A DNA stretch of 20,000 bases from an uncultured virus (IMG/VR IMGVR_UViG_3300005253_000213) (Duplodnaviria > Heunggongvirae > Uroviricota > Caudoviricetes). The stretch lies in the IMG/VR virus record IMGVR_UViG_3300005253_000213. One strand, given 5' to 3'. Positions within the stretch are counted from its first letter, which is position 1; every line of letters starts with the position of its first letter. Of the stretch, positions 17,607 through 20,000 are shown in pieces. Under the pieces are notes generated by a model. That model searched no databases. It saw nothing but the letters and a program-made list of their open reading frames with translations, and was not told the origin of the DNA. The position numbers and the translations under genes are program-made.

Positions 17607-18086
17607 ATGGAAGTTCGAGAACGCATTGCGCTCGTCATCGATTTTGAGCGCAGACTCGGAGCAGATGTTATCAGGAGCACGCCAGGGATTCCAGCTCCAT
17701 CCGAGCTGAGGCACAGAGCTCGTCTGGTTCTTGACGAGGCGCTTGAACTGTGTGAGGCGCTGGGTGTCAAGGTCAGTCTTCTTGGTGATGATCGTGACAT
17801 CTGCAAGCGTCCACTCAAGTACGAGACGGAGCGTCCACCAGACATCGTAAAGGTGGCCGATTCGCTGAACGATATCGAGTACGTAGTATACGGGACAGTA
17901 ACTTCGTTTGGCATTCAGGAAGCAACTGATGAGCTTTTTCAGGAAGTACATCGATCGAATCTGGCGAAGTTGGAGAGCGGTATAGTGAGGGATGGAAAGC
18001 CAGTGAAGCCAGCTGGCTGGCAACCGCCCGACTTGCGGGGCATTCTCCAGCGGAGATTCCCCAAGCGAGCGTTACTGTTTCGATAA
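17607..18086 (+). CDS. MazG-like/DR2231-type (PRA-PH superfamily) nucleoside-triphosphate pyrophosphohydrolase
   Basis: R.RLVLDEALEL, VADSLNDIEYVVYG, FQEVHRSNLAK and DGKPVKP.GW.PP; gagagga SD precedes ATG 17607. Confidence 0.88.
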   Translation: MEVRERIALVIDFERRLGADVIRSTPGIPAPSELRHRARLVLDEALELCEALGVKVSLLGDDRDICKRPLKYETERPPDIVKVADSLNDIEYVVYGTVTSFGIQEATDELFQEVHRSNLAKLESGIVRDGKPVKPAGWQPPDLRGILQRRFPKRALLFR

Positions 18087-18123
18087 GGCGGTTGATCGCA
18101 TGGAAAGAGGGAGGAGGCGTATC

Positions 18124-18378
18124 ATGCCGGAGAAGGAGAAGCCCGGTTCTCTGGTTGAGGACACGCAGACGGTTGTCTGCCAAGCCTGTGGAGGGAGGAT
18201 GGTCACATACACTAAGGGGGACGGTCCTGTAGCGGGTTGCCTGCTTCTCCTCCTCGGTCTGGTCCTCAGCACGATTCTCATCGGCATTCCGCTGATCGCA
18301 TGGGGCATCTACGTCATGGTTCGGCAGCATAAGTTCTGGCGCTGCGCTTCTTGCGGAACGGTCATTCCGAGAACGTGA
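18124..18378 (+). CDS. Small membrane protein with LITAF-like CxxC-hydrophobic-CxxC layout
   Basis: CQAC, about 30 hydrophobic residues, then HKFWRCASC; ggaggagg SD. Confidence 0.75.
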   Translation: MPEKEKPGSLVEDTQTVVCQACGGRMVTYTKGDGPVAGCLLLLLGLVLSTILIGIPLIAWGIYVMVRQHKFWRCASCGTVIPRT

Positions 18379-18408
18379 TATCTGCTCCGGTCAGTGACCC
18401 GAAGGTAG

Positions 18409-18437
18409 TTGACTGCAGATGAGCTGATTCATATAAT
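18409..18437 (+). promoter_or_regulatory. Sigma70-type promoter upstream of HNH copy 2
   Basis: TTGACT (18409-18414), 17-nt spacer, TATAAT (18432-18437). Confidence 0.8.
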
Positions 18438-18459
18438 CAGCGAAAGGAGTCAGTTAGCC

Positions 18460-19068
18460 ATGAAAGTGTGCGCTAGCTGTAAGATTGAGAAGCCATTGAG
18501 TGCGTTCTACAAGAACGCAAAAGGGAAAGGTGGGCGACATTCTCGCTGTAAGGTATGTGTTGGTAAGACAAGACATGCCTGGCGGATAACCAATTTGACC
18601 CGAGTCAAGGCGGTTGATGCGTGTTACCGCAAAGAACACGCAGAGCAGGTGAGGGCAACAGTAACATACTGGCGGAAAACACATCCAGAAGAGTGTAGCG
18701 CAATTTCGAAACGCTACTATGAAAGACACCCAGAGCGGGTTCGTGTAAATGCCTGGCGTCGTCGTGCTCGAAAACGGGCTGTATCTGAAGATTTCACTGT
18801 CGAGATGGCACAGTTCGTTCGCGAGTATGGGGGGCATCAGTGCGCTGTTTGCGGGAAATCTGAGAAGCTGTGTATCGATCACTGGTTGCCGCTTTCAGCG
18901 GGGTATGCACTGACGATGGCCAACGCTGTACTGCTCTGTGGCTTGTGTAATCGCAGAAAGAGTGCTAAGCTGCCTGATACTGTCTACAAACGGAAGTTCG
19001 TAAAAACAGTGGAACGGCAGCTTCGTAAGCAAGTACAACAGTGGGCAGCTATGGTAAGGGTTGCCTGA
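18460..19068 (+). CDS. HNH endonuclease, copy 2 (Zn knuckle + four 15-aa repeats + HNH)
   Basis: aaaggag SD precedes ATG 18460. CASC/CKVC; CAVC..DHWLPLSAG..N..LLCGLCN..K. Paralog of 16354-17007. Confidence 0.9.
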   Translation: MKVCASCKIEKPLSAFYKNAKGKGGRHSRCKVCVGKTRHAWRITNLTRVKAVDACYRKEHAEQVRATVTYWRKTHPEECSAISKRYYERHPERVRVNAWRRRARKRAVSEDFTVEMAQFVREYGGHQCAVCGKSEKLCIDHWLPLSAGYALTMANAVLLCGLCNRRKSAKLPDTVYKRKFVKTVERQLRKQVQQWAAMVRVA

Positions 19069-19080
19069 AACGGAGGTACA

Positions 19081-19431
19081 GTGGCAACGCCCGATCATTT
19101 CAAAGAACGACGGCAGGCGAAACGAGAAGCTCGGAAAGTCAGGGCCGATCGGCTGAAGAAATGGGTGCCACTTATCAAGACACTCTGTGATCGGTACGGC
19201 ATAACTGTCGCGGAAATTCCCAGCGGATTCCAACTACGTCATCAGGAGTACATCATCAACTGGTGGCTGCCAACGAACAAGATCATGATTCAGTATGCTG
19301 GCAGCGGTGAGACGCGCGAGTTCATGCCCGACGGCGAGCCGGGTGAGCCAAAGATCATTACGGCCATCAAGAAGCTCGTCGAGGTTACTCGGGGAGAAAA
19401 AGTATCGACAACGACACAGTCACCGTCCTGA
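19081..19431 (+). CDS. Hypothetical protein
   Basis: ggaggt SD precedes GTG 19081. Confidence 0.75.
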   Translation: MATPDHFKERRQAKREARKVRADRLKKWVPLIKTLCDRYGITVAEIPSGFQLRHQEYIINWWLPTNKIMIQYAGSGETREFMPDGEPGEPKIITAIKKLVEVTRGEKVSTTTQSPS

Positions 19432-19844
19432 TACGGACGACGACGGTTTCGACCAGGTGCCGGCTGTGTGATGAACGCAATATCTCAGGCATGCCGGTCA
19501 TCTGTGTCGATAACCCGTTCACGACGCGAATCCAACGGCGATACTACTGCACTTTCTGTTATGAAGAGCTGGTTCGCCGTGCAGCGCAGGACGTTCCTGC
19601 GCTGGAGAATGGGGCCACTGATGAGCAGAACGTCCAGCAGGTCAAAGTACTGTTGGGCGTGGATCCGGGCCGAGTTGAGCGGAAGTCTTCAACGCCGGTC
19701 ATGGATCTGAATCTCGATATCAAGGTAGCATGGCCCGCTGCGCTCCTGAACGATCGTGTGCCGTTCGCTCACTTCTACCCGCGAGGGAAGGCATTGGAAG
19801 CCCACAAGGCAGCTGCGCACTGCTGGCTATATGGGGATGACTAG
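19428..19844 (+). CDS. Hypothetical Zn-ribbon protein, start uncertain
   Basis: First ATG is at 19491, but the open frame upstream encodes CRLC, which could pair with the downstream CTFC. CTG at 19428 overlaps the previous TGA. Confidence 0.5.
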   Translation: MIRTTTVSTRCRLCDERNISGMPVICVDNPFTTRIQRRYYCTFCYEELVRRAAQDVPALENGATDEQNVQQVKVLLGVDPGRVERKSSTPVMDLNLDIKVAWPAALLNDRVPFAHFYPRGKALEAHKAAAHCWLYGDD

Positions 19845-19896
19845 CACGATCACCACAATCGGGGGTGTCCGCCTGTACGATTTGTAAGAAAACCAC

Positions 19897-19925
19897 TTGA
19901 CCTAGTGGTTGGTACTTTGTAGACT
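19897..19925 (+). promoter_or_regulatory. Sigma70-type promoter
   Basis: TTGACC (19897-19902), 17-nt spacer, TAGACT (19920-19925), in an AT-richer intergenic region. Confidence 0.65.
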
Positions 19926-19949
19926 ACCACCCATAGAAAGGGGGAACCT

Positions 19950-20000
19950 ATGAGAAGGTTCCTAGCCGTAACCATCATCGTGATGGTCGCAATGCTCACG
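19950..20000 (+). CDS. 5' end of a secreted or membrane protein (runs off the window)
   Basis: aaaggggg SD; MRRFLAVTIIVMVAMLT looks like a signal peptide. Confidence 0.6.
   Translation, partial: MRRFLAVTIIVMVAMLT

Noticed and set aside
16284..18459. HNH genes as RNA-guided (IscB/HEARO-like) or intron-encoded nucleases
   Set aside because: No RuvC motifs, upstream non-coding gaps are only about 70-80 nt, and flanking genes do not look split.
18409..18459. TTG start at 18409 for HNH copy 2
   Set aside because: That TTG is the -35 box; the SD and paralog alignment support ATG 18460.
1..20000. tRNA/rRNA genes, integrase or att sites, alternative genetic code
   Set aside because: Intergenic spaces are short with no cloverleaf seen, no site-specific recombinase or integrase is present, and TAA, TAG and TGA all end genes at sensible boundaries.

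Overview
A co-directional (+ strand), tightly packed phage-like DNA replication, recombination and nucleotide-metabolism region of roughly 30 genes, with one 98-N scaffold gap (9707-9804). The core is a family A DNA polymerase fused to a degenerate N-terminal family-4 uracil-DNA-glycosylase-like domain (frame open to the window start). It is followed by a dCMP deaminase, a probable SSB with a long Pro/Ala tail, a RecA/UvsX-like recombinase, an XRE regulator, a DUF932-like protein, a Lys-rich DUF1016_N/ParB-HTH-like protein and a holin-like membrane protein. The accessory half has three free-standing HNH endonucleases, a Macro-domain protein, Zn-finger proteins, a GT-A glycosyltransferase, a MazG/DR2231-like pyrophosphohydrolase and a LITAF-like membrane protein. 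Most notable: (1) two paralogous HNH nucleases whose central array of 15-aa repeats differs by exactly one unit (5 vs 4); (2) a polymerase with unusual dNTP-site substitutions plus several genes compatible with a modified-base genome; (3) a hairpin that buries the XRE ribosome-binding site under the recA stop; (4) two sigma70-type promoters each overlapped by a perfect 7-bp inverted repeat. All family assignments come from motif recognition by eye; no searches were run.
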